DNA of 32,000 nt from Bacillota bacterium (GTDB taxonomy: Bacteria; Bacillota; Clostridia; Acetivibrionales; DTU013), in the NCBI GenBank assembly GCA_023418915.1, contig JAEZYU010000119.1, positions 66,212-98,211 on the forward strand, read 5' to 3'. Below the pieces are notes generated by a model. The model was not told where the DNA came from. It did no database searches and worked only from the letters and a program-made list of their open reading frames with translations. The first letter of the stretch is position 1. Every line of letters begins with the position of its first letter. Made by a program: the position numbers and the translations under genes. Shown in pieces: positions 15,927 to 25,022 of this stretch.

Positions 15927-16886
15927 ATGCTGGATGGGATTTTCTATTTCATATTGAACATGAGCATCACCTCATGCTTTGTAATTGCATCACTGCTGTT
16001 GATCAGACTCTGCAGGCCGCTGCCGAGACGCTTTGTATATCCATTGTGGGCACTGGCGTTTATGCGGTTGGTCATACCGTTTACACTGACATCCGGCTGG
16101 AGTTTGTTCAACTTCACCGGAGGTCTTGTCAAGCGGCTTGTTGCTGTTGAGACGATTACATATGGTTCTGTGACTGCTCCTGCATCGGCACACCTAATGA
16201 TGATGAACATGGTCGGTGCGGCGGATAGGTATAGCCCGATCGTATATAAAACAGAAGCCCTGAGACATGTCTTTGTCATAGGTTCAACAGTATGGGGTAT
16301 CGTAGCTGCTGCAGCACTGCTTGCTGTATGTATTCTTTATTCGTTGACGTACAAAGAACTCAAAAAGGCTGTTCTCGTCAGAGACAACATATATCGCTCG
16401 GATATGTTGCTTTCACCTGTTTTGACGGGTGTGCTCCGGCCTAAAATCATACTGCCCCCCGGAATCGATCCTGACAGTGCCTCGGGGAAGATGATCCTTA
16501 CGCATGAGAATGTCCATAAAAAACGCCTTGACAACTTATGGCGGACAATAGCTGTGGGCATCGCATGTATGCATTGGTTCAATCCGCTTGTATGGGTAAT
16601 GCTAAAGGCATTTTTCACTGATATGGAGCTTTCCTGCGATGAGGCAGTATTGCGGCACGGAAGGTATGGGAACGATGAAACCAGGGCATATGCCTCAACA
16701 CTGCTGCAATTTGTACAGGACAAAGGATTTTTGATCTCCTCCGCTTTTGGACGCTCAGGTGTCAGGGTCCGCATTATGAATGTTTTGAATTATAAGAGGA
16801 TGACGGTGATTGGCGCAGCCGCATCGGCAGCTTTTATGATTGCTGTTGCACTTGTTCTGATTACGAATCCGACTCTCAGGGGGTGA
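15927..16886 (+). CDS. M56 family metallopeptidase (BlaR1/MecR1-like signal transducer) lacking a C-terminal sensor domain
   Basis: The HExxH motif is THENVHKK, followed by DNLWRTIAVGIACMHWFNPLVW. There are N-terminal TM helices. The protein ends right after a final TM segment (VIGAAASAAFMIAVALVLI). The ATG at 15927 follows GAGGGAG. Confidence 0.85.
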   Translation: MLDGIFYFILNMSITSCFVIASLLLIRLCRPLPRRFVYPLWALAFMRLVIPFTLTSGWSLFNFTGGLVKRLVAVETITYGSVTAPASAHLMMMNMVGAADRYSPIVYKTEALRHVFVIGSTVWGIVAAAALLAVCILYSLTYKELKKAVLVRDNIYRSDMLLSPVLTGVLRPKIILPPGIDPDSASGKMILTHENVHKKRLDNLWRTIAVGIACMHWFNPLVWVMLKAFFTDMELSCDEAVLRHGRYGNDETRAYASTLLQFVQDKGFLISSAFGRSGVRVRIMNVLNYKRMTVIGAAASAAFMIAVALVLITNPTLRG

Positions 16887-16890
16887 AACT

Positions 16891-19341
16891 GTGAAGGATA
16901 AAGAATATAACGAGGCTTCGCATGTTCTTGCCGGAATGAAACGCCATAAACGATTTTATTGGCTGACGCTGGCTGTATTGCTCGCCTTGTCGGCCTATCC
17001 GCTTATAAACGGTGTGCGTATGGTATATCTCAGCATAATGAATGGTGCGATAGGACCTGAGCAATATGCTAAATATGTGATCCCATATTCTGCAATGTGT
17101 ACTGCTGTCATCCTGTTCGCAGCGTTCGAACCCTTGCTGCGAAAGATCAAGAGAACACCGTTTTTGGTTGGGCTGGCAGGAGCGTATGCAGTGTTTGCTG
17201 CGATAGAGCAGTTCCTGGAAAGGATTCAAATAAATACTGCAGGCATGACACTGGTAGATCCGGCGTCGCTCACAATAGATTCTACCACAGCAATACCATC
17301 TACCGCAGTGGACGCCTGGCAGGCGAGTCTGTGTGTCATTTCGCCGCTGATGCGCGGACAGTCGGCCGCATTTTCTTCACAGGGCAGGAGTTTTTACGTA
17401 ATGGCTGGTAACGCATATAAAATACACTACTATTTGATTTCAGTTATTCTGATCACAATGGTTTGTGGGTTTGTGTATGGCATCGGACGTATGATCCGCA
17501 TGGGAACCGGCGAAGGGAGAAAGCCGCTCATCCTGCAGGGTATAGCGACAGCAGCGCTCATATCGCTTTGCGTGTTTGCAAATACCAGCGCATTTTTTCG
17601 ACAGGCTGAAGCTATTCAGACACCGCTTGCATCTATATTAACATGCTTGTTTTTCATATCTCTTGGTGTTTCAGTGGGAGTGTATACCGGAAGTTTTATA
17701 CTTAAGAAGAGCAAGCGCCTGGGATTGGGGCTGCCTGTACTGCTGTCGGTTACGGCTGTTCTTCTGATGTATATTGGTGAGACTGTTATGATGAAGGGTG
17801 GGTTATATCGTTTTGGTACCGGTTGGCTATTTGACGGACTTGCGGGCATCGTCCTTGCACCGGTGGATATTCTTGTTGTTTTGATCTCTGCCGTTGTGAC
17901 ATTGCTGATCCTTAATATGGCACGGAAGAATGATAATTGGCCGGATAAGCGAACGATCGCAATTGCCGGAGTGCTTTGCATCCTGATTTTTAGCTCTGGC
18001 ATTGCCGTGTCTATACCACAAACTAAAAGTGACGACAGCAGCATAATTGGCGCCTATGAGTTTGACGATTGTCTGTACATGAATCCTTTATGTTCGTTCA
18101 TGCCGATAAAGGGCCATATGCCGTATGTATATTACCTGGGTGAAGACGGGTTGACTGTACTAAACATTGAAACTGGTGATATACAGCGGGCTTGGGCACA
18201 ATATGAAAAAACTTTATTAGACGAAAACGATTTTTCATCGCTCGGCAGGTTTTCTGGTTTTCCTTTGCCTGATGTTACCAGATATAAAGACCGCTGGATG
18301 CGTGGTGTAATTAAAACTGACGGCGGACAAAAATATAATCTTTATCAGATGGATGGCGAGATCTGGCTTGTGCAGCGCACAGATGAGTGGATATGGAGCA
18401 TATATCGGCTGAAGCGGACGAAAAAGTATGATTTGTCTGATATTGAGCATGCTCTCGCAGTTCAGAATAACTCAAACAATGATAAAACCCGTATGAGACT
18501 GAGGGATGTATATGAACTGGCCCGCAAGGGCAAAAATCTGACGCTCGATGATCTTGATGAATTCAGCGGTAAAGCTGCGGGCTCCAGGTTTTCGATCATG
18601 CGTTACGATATCGAAGGCGGCTGTGTTCTTATCGTACACTCAGACACACCCGGATCTCAGATCAACTATGCCCGCCTGTCAAAGCAAGGCTATGACCCAT
18701 TCGATGAATCTCTGACTGTCGATATCCAGGATGGGGAGCAGGCGGTGGCTGCATATCTCGATCCTTTGAATTCACTGGCAAAGCTGAAGATCGAGGATCC
18801 TCACCATGGTGCAGCAGGACGCGAGCTTATATACGAATTCGATGGCTATAGGTATTTTTTGAACACTACGCGTGCCGATCAGATATACATCACCTTTGAT
18901 AACGGTGAACGTCTGCCGCTCAAGCAAGCGCTTGAGGAGCGCCGGACAATCGTGGAAGACCTGGTGGCAAACGGCTTATACAACATATTTATGGAGCCGG
19001 TCGAAAACCCGATGGGCGGGTATTTCACCAGATTGCATCACATGCACAAATTTTCATTTGATGATGAGGCATTTTACCCATCTTCTTCTTTTATGTACAT
19101 TGTTGGAACAGATCTTTCCGTATACTACAATATTGCGGAGCTTGCAGATATCCTTGAGCTTCAGGGCAGAGATGAGCTCGCTGGAAAATTGCGTTCTGTT
19201 GAGATCACAGACAATCTGCCTGTTATGGCAGGGAAGGCTTATATAGATGATGCAGGGCTTGCCGATGCCGGGATAACTGTAGAGATTGGCTGGCATTTGA
19301 GCTCGCATACGCCGATAAATTTCACCACTATGAATAATTAG
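16891..19341 (+). CDS. Large polytopic membrane protein of unknown function (816 aa; about 9 TM segments plus a non-membrane region of about 440 aa)
   Basis: A GTG start 5 nt after the M56 stop codon is preceded by GGGGGTGA. Hydrophobic segments run through residue ~375, followed by a hydrophilic C-terminal region. The ORF is long and uninterrupted with coding-like composition. I recognise no family. Confidence 0.75.
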   Translation: MKDKEYNEASHVLAGMKRHKRFYWLTLAVLLALSAYPLINGVRMVYLSIMNGAIGPEQYAKYVIPYSAMCTAVILFAAFEPLLRKIKRTPFLVGLAGAYAVFAAIEQFLERIQINTAGMTLVDPASLTIDSTTAIPSTAVDAWQASLCVISPLMRGQSAAFSSQGRSFYVMAGNAYKIHYYLISVILITMVCGFVYGIGRMIRMGTGEGRKPLILQGIATAALISLCVFANTSAFFRQAEAIQTPLASILTCLFFISLGVSVGVYTGSFILKKSKRLGLGLPVLLSVTAVLLMYIGETVMMKGGLYRFGTGWLFDGLAGIVLAPVDILVVLISAVVTLLILNMARKNDNWPDKRTIAIAGVLCILIFSSGIAVSIPQTKSDDSSIIGAYEFDDCLYMNPLCSFMPIKGHMPYVYYLGEDGLTVLNIETGDIQRAWAQYEKTLLDENDFSSLGRFSGFPLPDVTRYKDRWMRGVIKTDGGQKYNLYQMDGEIWLVQRTDEWIWSIYRLKRTKKYDLSDIEHALAVQNNSNNDKTRMRLRDVYELARKGKNLTLDDLDEFSGKAAGSRFSIMRYDIEGGCVLIVHSDTPGSQINYARLSKQGYDPFDESLTVDIQDGEQAVAAYLDPLNSLAKLKIEDPHHGAAGRELIYEFDGYRYFLNTTRADQIYITFDNGERLPLKQALEERRTIVEDLVANGLYNIFMEPVENPMGGYFTRLHHMHKFSFDDEAFYPSSSFMYIVGTDLSVYYNIAELADILELQGRDELAGKLRSVEITDNLPVMAGKAYIDDAGLADAGITVEIGWHLSSHTPINFTTMNN

Positions 19342-19403
19342 GAAGACTGGCCGGAACATAATTTATAAAAAATCAGGCTTAGTGCAAACCGGCACGTTAC
19401 TCT

Positions 19404-20180
19404 TCATGACCCCGTTGATTTATATCGCCGAAGCCCTATGAGGAAGAAGATGTAGCTTGGTACTATAAACAGCAGACCGAATAATGGCGTAAACATGTAA
19501 AACTTGCTTTGTGCCCTATCCAGCAGATACAGAAGCGGGTAATACTGAAACAGCGCCAGCGGAATTATATAAGTCAGAAACTTTAGTATTCCACCGCCGT
19601 AAATTACAAAGGGATAGCGGCCGAACTCACGTCCCCCATGTGTCAGGATGTTCATAAATTCTAAACCCTCGGTCGTAAAAAAAGAAAAAGATGCGTATAC
19701 GATATACAAACCAAAAAATACTGCTGCACCGCAAAAAATCATCAGCAAGAGCGTCAGGATTTTGTCCCAGGTCCATGTGACACCGCTGTTAGGTATTGCA
19801 TAACACAAAACAGCCACAGCTTGAATAAATATTCCGAGGCGTAAAAATTCAATGTGCGACGCCAGAACCTGAAAAATTATTCCGCGCGGCCTGACAAGAA
19901 TGCGGTCAAATTCACCGTTTCCAAGCAGACGCGGAAATATATCAAATCCCCTCGCAAATACCTCAGCTAAAGAGAAAGCCATTGTCACGACTGATGTGCA
20001 TAACAATGTTTGGCTGAGCGTAAATCCGTCAACTTCGTTAAAACGAGTAAGCATAAACAATACGCTGACAACAGTGGCGAATGACATTATAATTCTCCCG
20101 AGGATATTCAGGAAAAAAGTTGCTTTGTACTGCATCTGGCTTTTTAGGTGTATAGAAAAATACTTAAAATATAGTTTCAC
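19404..20180 (-). CDS. ABC-2 family transporter permease (ABC2_membrane_6/DUF990-like)
   Basis: The protein has six predicted TM segments. A GTG start follows GGAGG, 3 nt after the upstream permease stop codon. The gene is the third of an ATPase-permease-permease operon. Confidence 0.75.
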   Translation of the reverse strand: MKLYFKYFSIHLKSQMQYKATFFLNILGRIIMSFATVVSVLFMLTRFNEVDGFTLSQTLLCTSVVTMAFSLAEVFARGFDIFPRLLGNGEFDRILVRPRGIIFQVLASHIEFLRLGIFIQAVAVLCYAIPNSGVTWTWDKILTLLLMIFCGAAVFFGLYIVYASFSFFTTEGLEFMNILTHGGREFGRYPFVIYGGGILKFLTYIIPLALFQYYPLLYLLDRAQSKFYMFTPLFGLLFIVPSYIFFLIGLRRYKSTGS

Positions 20181-20183
20181 ACA

Positions 20184-20981
20184 TCAACCTCCCTGTGCTA
20201 CAACCCGCTTTAGTGAGCGTTTCATAAGCAGTTTCCCGAAAATAAGCATCACTGCTACCCAAAATAACTGTAAGCCTATACCATAAACTGTGTCCATGCC
20301 GGCTATATCACCGCTGTAGATCCTTAGCGGCATATTTTGCATAGCCGCAAACGGCAGCAATTCGGCGATTTTTCTGAAAGGTTCCGGGAAAAATGGAATA
20401 GGTATATATCCTCCGGCGAGAAAATCTGCAAGAATAACAAAAATCACATTATAACGGCTCATCGTGTAAAATGCGGACATATAGTCTATAAGACAATATG
20501 CTGTAACCGCAAACATCGCTGTCGGTGCAGAGACAATAAACATTAAAAATTGAAATAAATCTGAAGGCAGCTCCATTCTGAATGGGGGAGGCAGCACAAA
20601 GGCCACGATCAATATGGGAGCACACCTAAGCGTTGCCCTTGACACTCTGTCTGCTATTGTTTCAAAAAACCAGCGGTTGTATATATCCATCGGTCGTGCC
20701 AAATCGTAGGATATATTTCCGCTGACTATGGTTTCTACAGCGTTTCCTCCGACGCCCCAAGGCATAAAGAGAGCTAGGAAAGCCTGCTGTATCCATATGT
20801 AGGACACAAGATGAGAAAATTCCATCGGAAATGCGGCAGGATTCGCACGGTAAAATGCTGAAAAGGCTAATATTTCCATAAAACCCCAAGCAAACTGCGT
20901 AGCCAATCCCGCCAAAGCCGCTGTGCGATATTGCAATCCGTTTATAAAGCGAATGCGGAATAGTGCAATATACTTTTTCAT
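20184..20981 (-). CDS. ABC-2 family transporter permease (ABC2_membrane_6/DUF990-like)
   Basis: The protein is polytopic. An ATGA overlap links it to the upstream ATPase gene. It is paralogous in layout to the downstream permease. Confidence 0.75.
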   Translation of the reverse strand: MKKYIALFRIRFINGLQYRTAALAGLATQFAWGFMEILAFSAFYRANPAAFPMEFSHLVSYIWIQQAFLALFMPWGVGGNAVETIVSGNISYDLARPMDIYNRWFFETIADRVSRATLRCAPILIVAFVLPPPFRMELPSDLFQFLMFIVSAPTAMFAVTAYCLIDYMSAFYTMSRYNVIFVILADFLAGGYIPIPFFPEPFRKIAELLPFAAMQNMPLRIYSGDIAGMDTVYGIGLQLFWVAVMLIFGKLLMKRSLKRVVAQGG

Positions 20982-21952
20982 ATATGATACTCCTTGTATA
21001 GCTCGGCAACCATTTCCTCTGCCGTTATGCCGGACACTGATACATCAATCAATTCCGCCCCTGCAGCAAGATGAGCTATCGCATCGGATACCGAAAGGAT
21101 CGATGGGTCAAGAGTGACTATAAGCCGCCCTTCTTTCATTTCTGTGAGGGTCATACCCTCTGAAATTTCGGGTGCGGCTCCGTTGTATTCAACGACAAGC
21201 GTTTTTCGTCTGGATGAATGCTTCTTTAGTTCGGCAAGACTGCCGTCGAGTAATATCCTGCCTTTACCGATAAGTAATATCCGCTCGGTCAACGCCTCAA
21301 TGTCCTGCATATCGTGGGTCGTCAGAATAACGGTTGTACCGCGCTCGGTGTTCAATTTTTTGATAAACTGGCGTACGGCAATTTTAGAAACTGCATCAAG
21401 GCCGATAGTTGGTTCATCTAGAAACAAAATTTTTGGAGCATGCAGGAGTGACGCAGCAATTTCGCAGCGCATACGCTGACCGAGACTCAGGCTTCGGGCC
21501 GGTGTTTTAAGCAACTCGCCCAAATCAAGAAGCATAGTTAATTCGTCAAGATTATTTCTATAAGTTTTCTCATCCGTTTTATAAATATCGCGTATCAATT
21601 CAAAGCTGTCGATAATGGGAACATCCCACCAAAGCTGACTGCGCTGGCCGAAAACGACACCGATTTTGAGGACGTGGGCAATGCGCTCGCGCCAAGGTGT
21701 GCGTCCATCAATGATGCACTCGCCACTATCCGGTGTTAAGATCCCGCACATAATTTTTATTGTAGTGCTTTTCCCCGCACCATTGGGGCCGATATATCCG
21801 ACCATTTCACCGTCGTTGATAGTAAAGCTGATGTCATTCAAGGCATGAACAAGCTCATATTCACGCGCAAACAAAGCCTTTACGGCACGACCAAAGCCTG
21901 CCTGCCGTTTCGCGACGCGGAAGGTTTTATTGATGTTGGAAAGTGTGATCAT
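20978..21952 (-). CDS. ABC transporter ATP-binding protein with a C-terminal extension
   Basis: Walker A is GPNGAGKST, the signature is LSLGQRMR and Walker B is ILFLDEP. The start is set at ATG 21952 (MITLSNINKTF) behind GGAGGATAT. The longer ORF from 21985 reads into the palindromic repeat. Confidence 0.9.
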   Translation of the reverse strand: MITLSNINKTFRVAKRQAGFGRAVKALFAREYELVHALNDISFTINDGEMVGYIGPNGAGKSTTIKIMCGILTPDSGECIIDGRTPWRERIAHVLKIGVVFGQRSQLWWDVPIIDSFELIRDIYKTDEKTYRNNLDELTMLLDLGELLKTPARSLSLGQRMRCEIAASLLHAPKILFLDEPTIGLDAVSKIAVRQFIKKLNTERGTTVILTTHDMQDIEALTERILLIGKGRILLDGSLAELKKHSSRRKTLVVEYNGAAPEISEGMTLTEMKEGRLIVTLDPSILSVSDAIAHLAAGAELIDVSVSGITAEEMVAELYKEYHI

Positions 21953-21966
21953 ATATCCTCCGAAAT

Positions 21967-22042
21967 AAGGTGCCTGGCACGACACTTAGACACTTATTTG
22001 CCTATTGGCAAATAAGTGTCTAAGTGTCGTGCCAGGCACCTT
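21967..22042. repeat. Palindromic intergenic element, copy 3 (perfect 36-bp arms, 4-nt loop)
   Basis: AAGGTGCCTGGCACGACACTTAGACACTTATTTGCC, then TATT, then GGCAAATAAGTGTCTAAGTGTCGTGCCAGGCACCTT. It fills nearly the whole gap between the guaA stop codon (22045) and the ABC ATPase start (21952). Confidence 0.9.
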
Positions 22043-22044
22043 AA

Positions 22045-23352
22045 TCATTCCCACTCAATGGTGGCGCAAGGCTTGGGGCTCAGGTCATAGCATACGCGAT
22101 TGACGCTGGGGACCTCTGTGAGTATGCGATTGGTGATCTTTTGCAGCACAGGCCATTCGATCTGTTCGATGGTGGCTGTCATGGCATCCACCGTATTTAC
22201 AGCGCGGATTATTACCGGATATTCATAGCTTCTGGCATTGTCTTTTACGCCGGTGGATTTAAAGTCGGGGACTATGGTAAAGTACTGCCAGACCTTTTTA
22301 TCAAGGCCGGCCCTTGAGAATTCATCACGAAGGATTGCATCGGATTCTCTGACTGCTTCCAGGCGGTCTCTGGTAATAGCACCAAGGCATCTTACTCCCA
22401 GGCCCGGTCCGGGGAAGGGCTGACGGAATACCATTTTTTCAGGCAGACCGAGTTCGAGACCGCAGGCTCTGACTTCATCCTTGAACAGGTAATAGAGGGG
22501 CTCTACCAGTTCGAATTTCAGATCTTCCGGCAATCCGCCGACGTTGTGATGTGATTTGACGATCTTTGCAGTTTTTGTTCCACTCTCTACTATATCAGGG
22601 TAAATAGTGCCCTGAGCTAGAAAGTCTATACCGGAGAGCTTATGCGCTTCTTCCTCGAATACTCGGATGAACTCACTGCCTATTATTTTTCTCTTTATTT
22701 CCGGATCGGATACGTTTTCAAGCTTTGAGAGGAAGCGTTCACTTGCATCCACATATATCAGATTTGCGTCAAGTTGATTTTTGAATACTTCTATAACATC
22801 CTCCGATTCGCCTTTACGCATCAATCCATGGTTAACATGTACGCATACGAGCTGTCTGCCGATGGCTTTGATCAGTAATGCGGCGACAACAGAGCTGTCT
22901 ACGCCGCCGGATAAAGCAAGCAATACCTTTTTGTCGCCGACCTGCCTTCTTATGAGCTCGATCTGATCTTCTATGAAATTCTTCATATTCCAGTTTGGAG
23001 TTGCCTTGCAGGTGTCGAATACAAAGGGTTTTAGAATCTTCTTTATGTCGTCCTCTGCTGCAGGCCAGCTAGTCAGCTTGCTTTCGCATTTTGCTGTATC
23101 ATGTGCGATTGCCATAACCGGACAGCCAGCGCTATAAATGTCATCAGAGATGTCGATGCTGACGCCGTCAACAATGTTGTTTTCTCCGCCGTTTATGATT
23201 ATGCCCTTCACGTTGGGCAGCTCAGCAAGTCTTTTCGCAGTGATGTCATGAGGATGTATTTCGCTGTATACACCAAGAGAACGGACCGCTCTAGCAATAT
23301 CGGTATTTTTTGTGCTGCCAAGGTCAAGGATTACGATCATATCCTGCTTCAT
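22045..23352 (-). CDS. guaA: GMP synthase-like protein: intact ATP-pyrophosphatase and dimerisation domains, truncated and degenerate N-terminal GATase domain
   Basis: SGGVDSS P-loop, VNHGLMRKGE, KSHHNVGGLPE, FRQPFPGPGLGVR and a C-terminal ATIEWE are all canonical GuaA motifs. The protein is 435 aa against a typical ~510-525 aa. The position of the nucleophile motif G-x-C-Y-G reads AIAHD. AGGAGG RBS is present. Confidence 0.88.
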   Translation of the reverse strand: MKQDMIVILDLGSTKNTDIARAVRSLGVYSEIHPHDITAKRLAELPNVKGIIINGGENNIVDGVSIDISDDIYSAGCPVMAIAHDTAKCESKLTSWPAAEDDIKKILKPFVFDTCKATPNWNMKNFIEDQIELIRRQVGDKKVLLALSGGVDSSVVAALLIKAIGRQLVCVHVNHGLMRKGESEDVIEVFKNQLDANLIYVDASERFLSKLENVSDPEIKRKIIGSEFIRVFEEEAHKLSGIDFLAQGTIYPDIVESGTKTAKIVKSHHNVGGLPEDLKFELVEPLYYLFKDEVRACGLELGLPEKMVFRQPFPGPGLGVRCLGAITRDRLEAVRESDAILRDEFSRAGLDKKVWQYFTIVPDFKSTGVKDNARSYEYPVIIRAVNTVDAMTATIEQIEWPVLQKITNRILTEVPSVNRVCYDLSPKPCATIEWE

Positions 23353-23516
23353 ATATGCCTCCTGATAATTTCTGTTATTTTTTAATAGATTATAGCATTA
23401 TATAGCTGGCTGTAAAAGGATATATTGATATTTTTTCTGTTATATGATAAAAAACACTATATTTCGCTGAACGGTAATAAAACTTTAAGTATTTTGCTTC
23501 AATGCTGAATAGCCTG

Positions 23517-23544
23517 TTGCACAAGCAGATGTGTAGAGTATATT
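23517..23544 (+). promoter_or_regulatory. Candidate sigma-A promoter TTGCAC-16 nt-TATATT in the guaA/MFS divergent region
   Basis: TTGCAC lies at 23517-23522 and TATATT at 23539-23544. A second candidate, the extended -10 TGTTATAAT near 23644-23652, is closer to the MFS start. Neither has been verified. Confidence 0.3.
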
Positions 23545-23707
23545 ATTATTTATGGCACATTTACTAATAACCGATCGTTTATTACGATGTGATAAATATC
23601 CCCCACTGCTGAACGTATTTTCGGCCCATCAGGCTGAACCGAAGTGTTATAATACGACAGCAGCAACAGCATAATAAAAGACGACAAGATAGTTTGCGGA
23701 GGGTGCG

Positions 23708-24946
23708 TTGAATACGAAAAATAATTGGAAGAGAAATATAGTATTGTTTTTATCAAGCCAGGCAGTGTCTTTTTTTGGTTCGGCACTGGTTCAATATGCT
23801 ATCACCTGGTATATCACACTAAAGACACAGTCGGGCGTTATGATGACTATTTCCATCATATGCGGCTTCGTGCCGACTTTTTTGATTTCTCCGTTTGCCG
23901 GAGTGTGGGCTGACAGGTATGACCGTAAGAAGCTTATAATGCTATCAGATTCAATAATTGCAGTATCAACACTTATCACAGCACTTATATTTATTGGCGG
24001 TCTCGGATCGACATGGCTGCTCTTTGCTGTCTCGGTGGTACGTGCTTTCGGTTCAGGTGTTCAGATGCCGGCTGTTTCAGCTATGATTCCCGACATTGTA
24101 CCTGAGGACAAGCTTACAAAGGTAAACGGGGCAAATGGCAGTATCCAGTCGCTGGTTACACTGGTATCACCATTGGTCAGCGGAGCGCTGCTTTCATATG
24201 CAAAAATTGAGTACATATTCTTTATTGATGTCATAACAGCACTTGCTGCTGTTATGATCCTTTTGCTGTTCCTGCATGTGCCAACACACAAGGGGGCTGC
24301 AGAAAAGCAGAAAACCGGTTATTTCAGCGATATGAAGGAAGGCCTGAGATTCGTAGCCAGGCATGATTTTGTCAGAATAATCTTTATTTTTTGTGCTGTT
24401 TATTTTATTCTGGTAGCTCCGCTGGCATTTCTGACTCCGCTGCAGGTGACCCGCAGCTTCGGTGGTGATGTCTGGCGGCTTTCTGCCACAGAAATGAGCT
24501 TCTCGATAGGTATGATGGCAGGAGGCCTCATTATTGCTGCCTGGGGCGGATTCAGGAACAAGATCCATACCATGGTGCTGTCGAACTTCGTGATTGCATT
24601 TTGTACGATCGGACTTGGCTTCGTTCCGCATTTCGGAATATATCTCATGCTTATGAGTCTGGTTGGTATTGCAATGCCGATATTCAATACTCCGTTTATG
24701 GTGCTGCTTCAGCAGAAAGTAGAACCGGAATATATGGGCAGAGTTTTTGGAGTCATGAATATGATCTCAAGCTCCATAATGCCTATGGCTATGATATTCT
24801 ACGGACCCATTGCTGATTTTATAGACATTGAATTGCTGTTGATAGCAACGGGCGCTCTGATGCTGGTACAAAGCTTTTTCATGACGGCAAACAAGGTTCT
24901 GATCAATGCCGGAAAGCCGACAGTTAGCGAAACTGGGGAGAGCTAG
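23708..24946 (+). CDS. MFS transporter (MFS_3 / EntS-like efflux family)
   Basis: There are about 12 TM segments, and FAGVWADRYDRKKLIMLSD is the characteristic loop 2-3 motif. A TTG start follows GGAGGGTG. Confidence 0.85.
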   Translation: MNTKNNWKRNIVLFLSSQAVSFFGSALVQYAITWYITLKTQSGVMMTISIICGFVPTFLISPFAGVWADRYDRKKLIMLSDSIIAVSTLITALIFIGGLGSTWLLFAVSVVRAFGSGVQMPAVSAMIPDIVPEDKLTKVNGANGSIQSLVTLVSPLVSGALLSYAKIEYIFFIDVITALAAVMILLLFLHVPTHKGAAEKQKTGYFSDMKEGLRFVARHDFVRIIFIFCAVYFILVAPLAFLTPLQVTRSFGGDVWRLSATEMSFSIGMMAGGLIIAAWGGFRNKIHTMVLSNFVIAFCTIGLGFVPHFGIYLMLMSLVGIAMPIFNTPFMVLLQQKVEPEYMGRVFGVMNMISSSIMPMAMIFYGPIADFIDIELLLIATGALMLVQSFFMTANKVLINAGKPTVSETGES

Positions 24947-25022
24947 CTAAAGTTCTGCTTGTTTTCAACTCATAAATTGATCTTATTTGCAAAGAATAAA
25001 GCAGTAAAAGGAGGATCAATTT

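Noticed and set aside
16876-17229. A 117-aa minus-strand ORF overlapping the M56 gene end and the 816-aa gene start
   Set aside because: It is antisense to two well-supported, translationally linked genes. It has no RBS and a basic/Cys-rich junk-like translation.
23353-23560. Purine (guanine) riboswitch upstream of guaA on the minus strand
   Set aside because: I read the reverse complement and found none of the conserved core strings (UAUAAU...GGAUAUGGC...CUACC...CCGUAAAU...GACUAU). The leader also looks too short between plausible promoter elements and the AGGAGG RBS.
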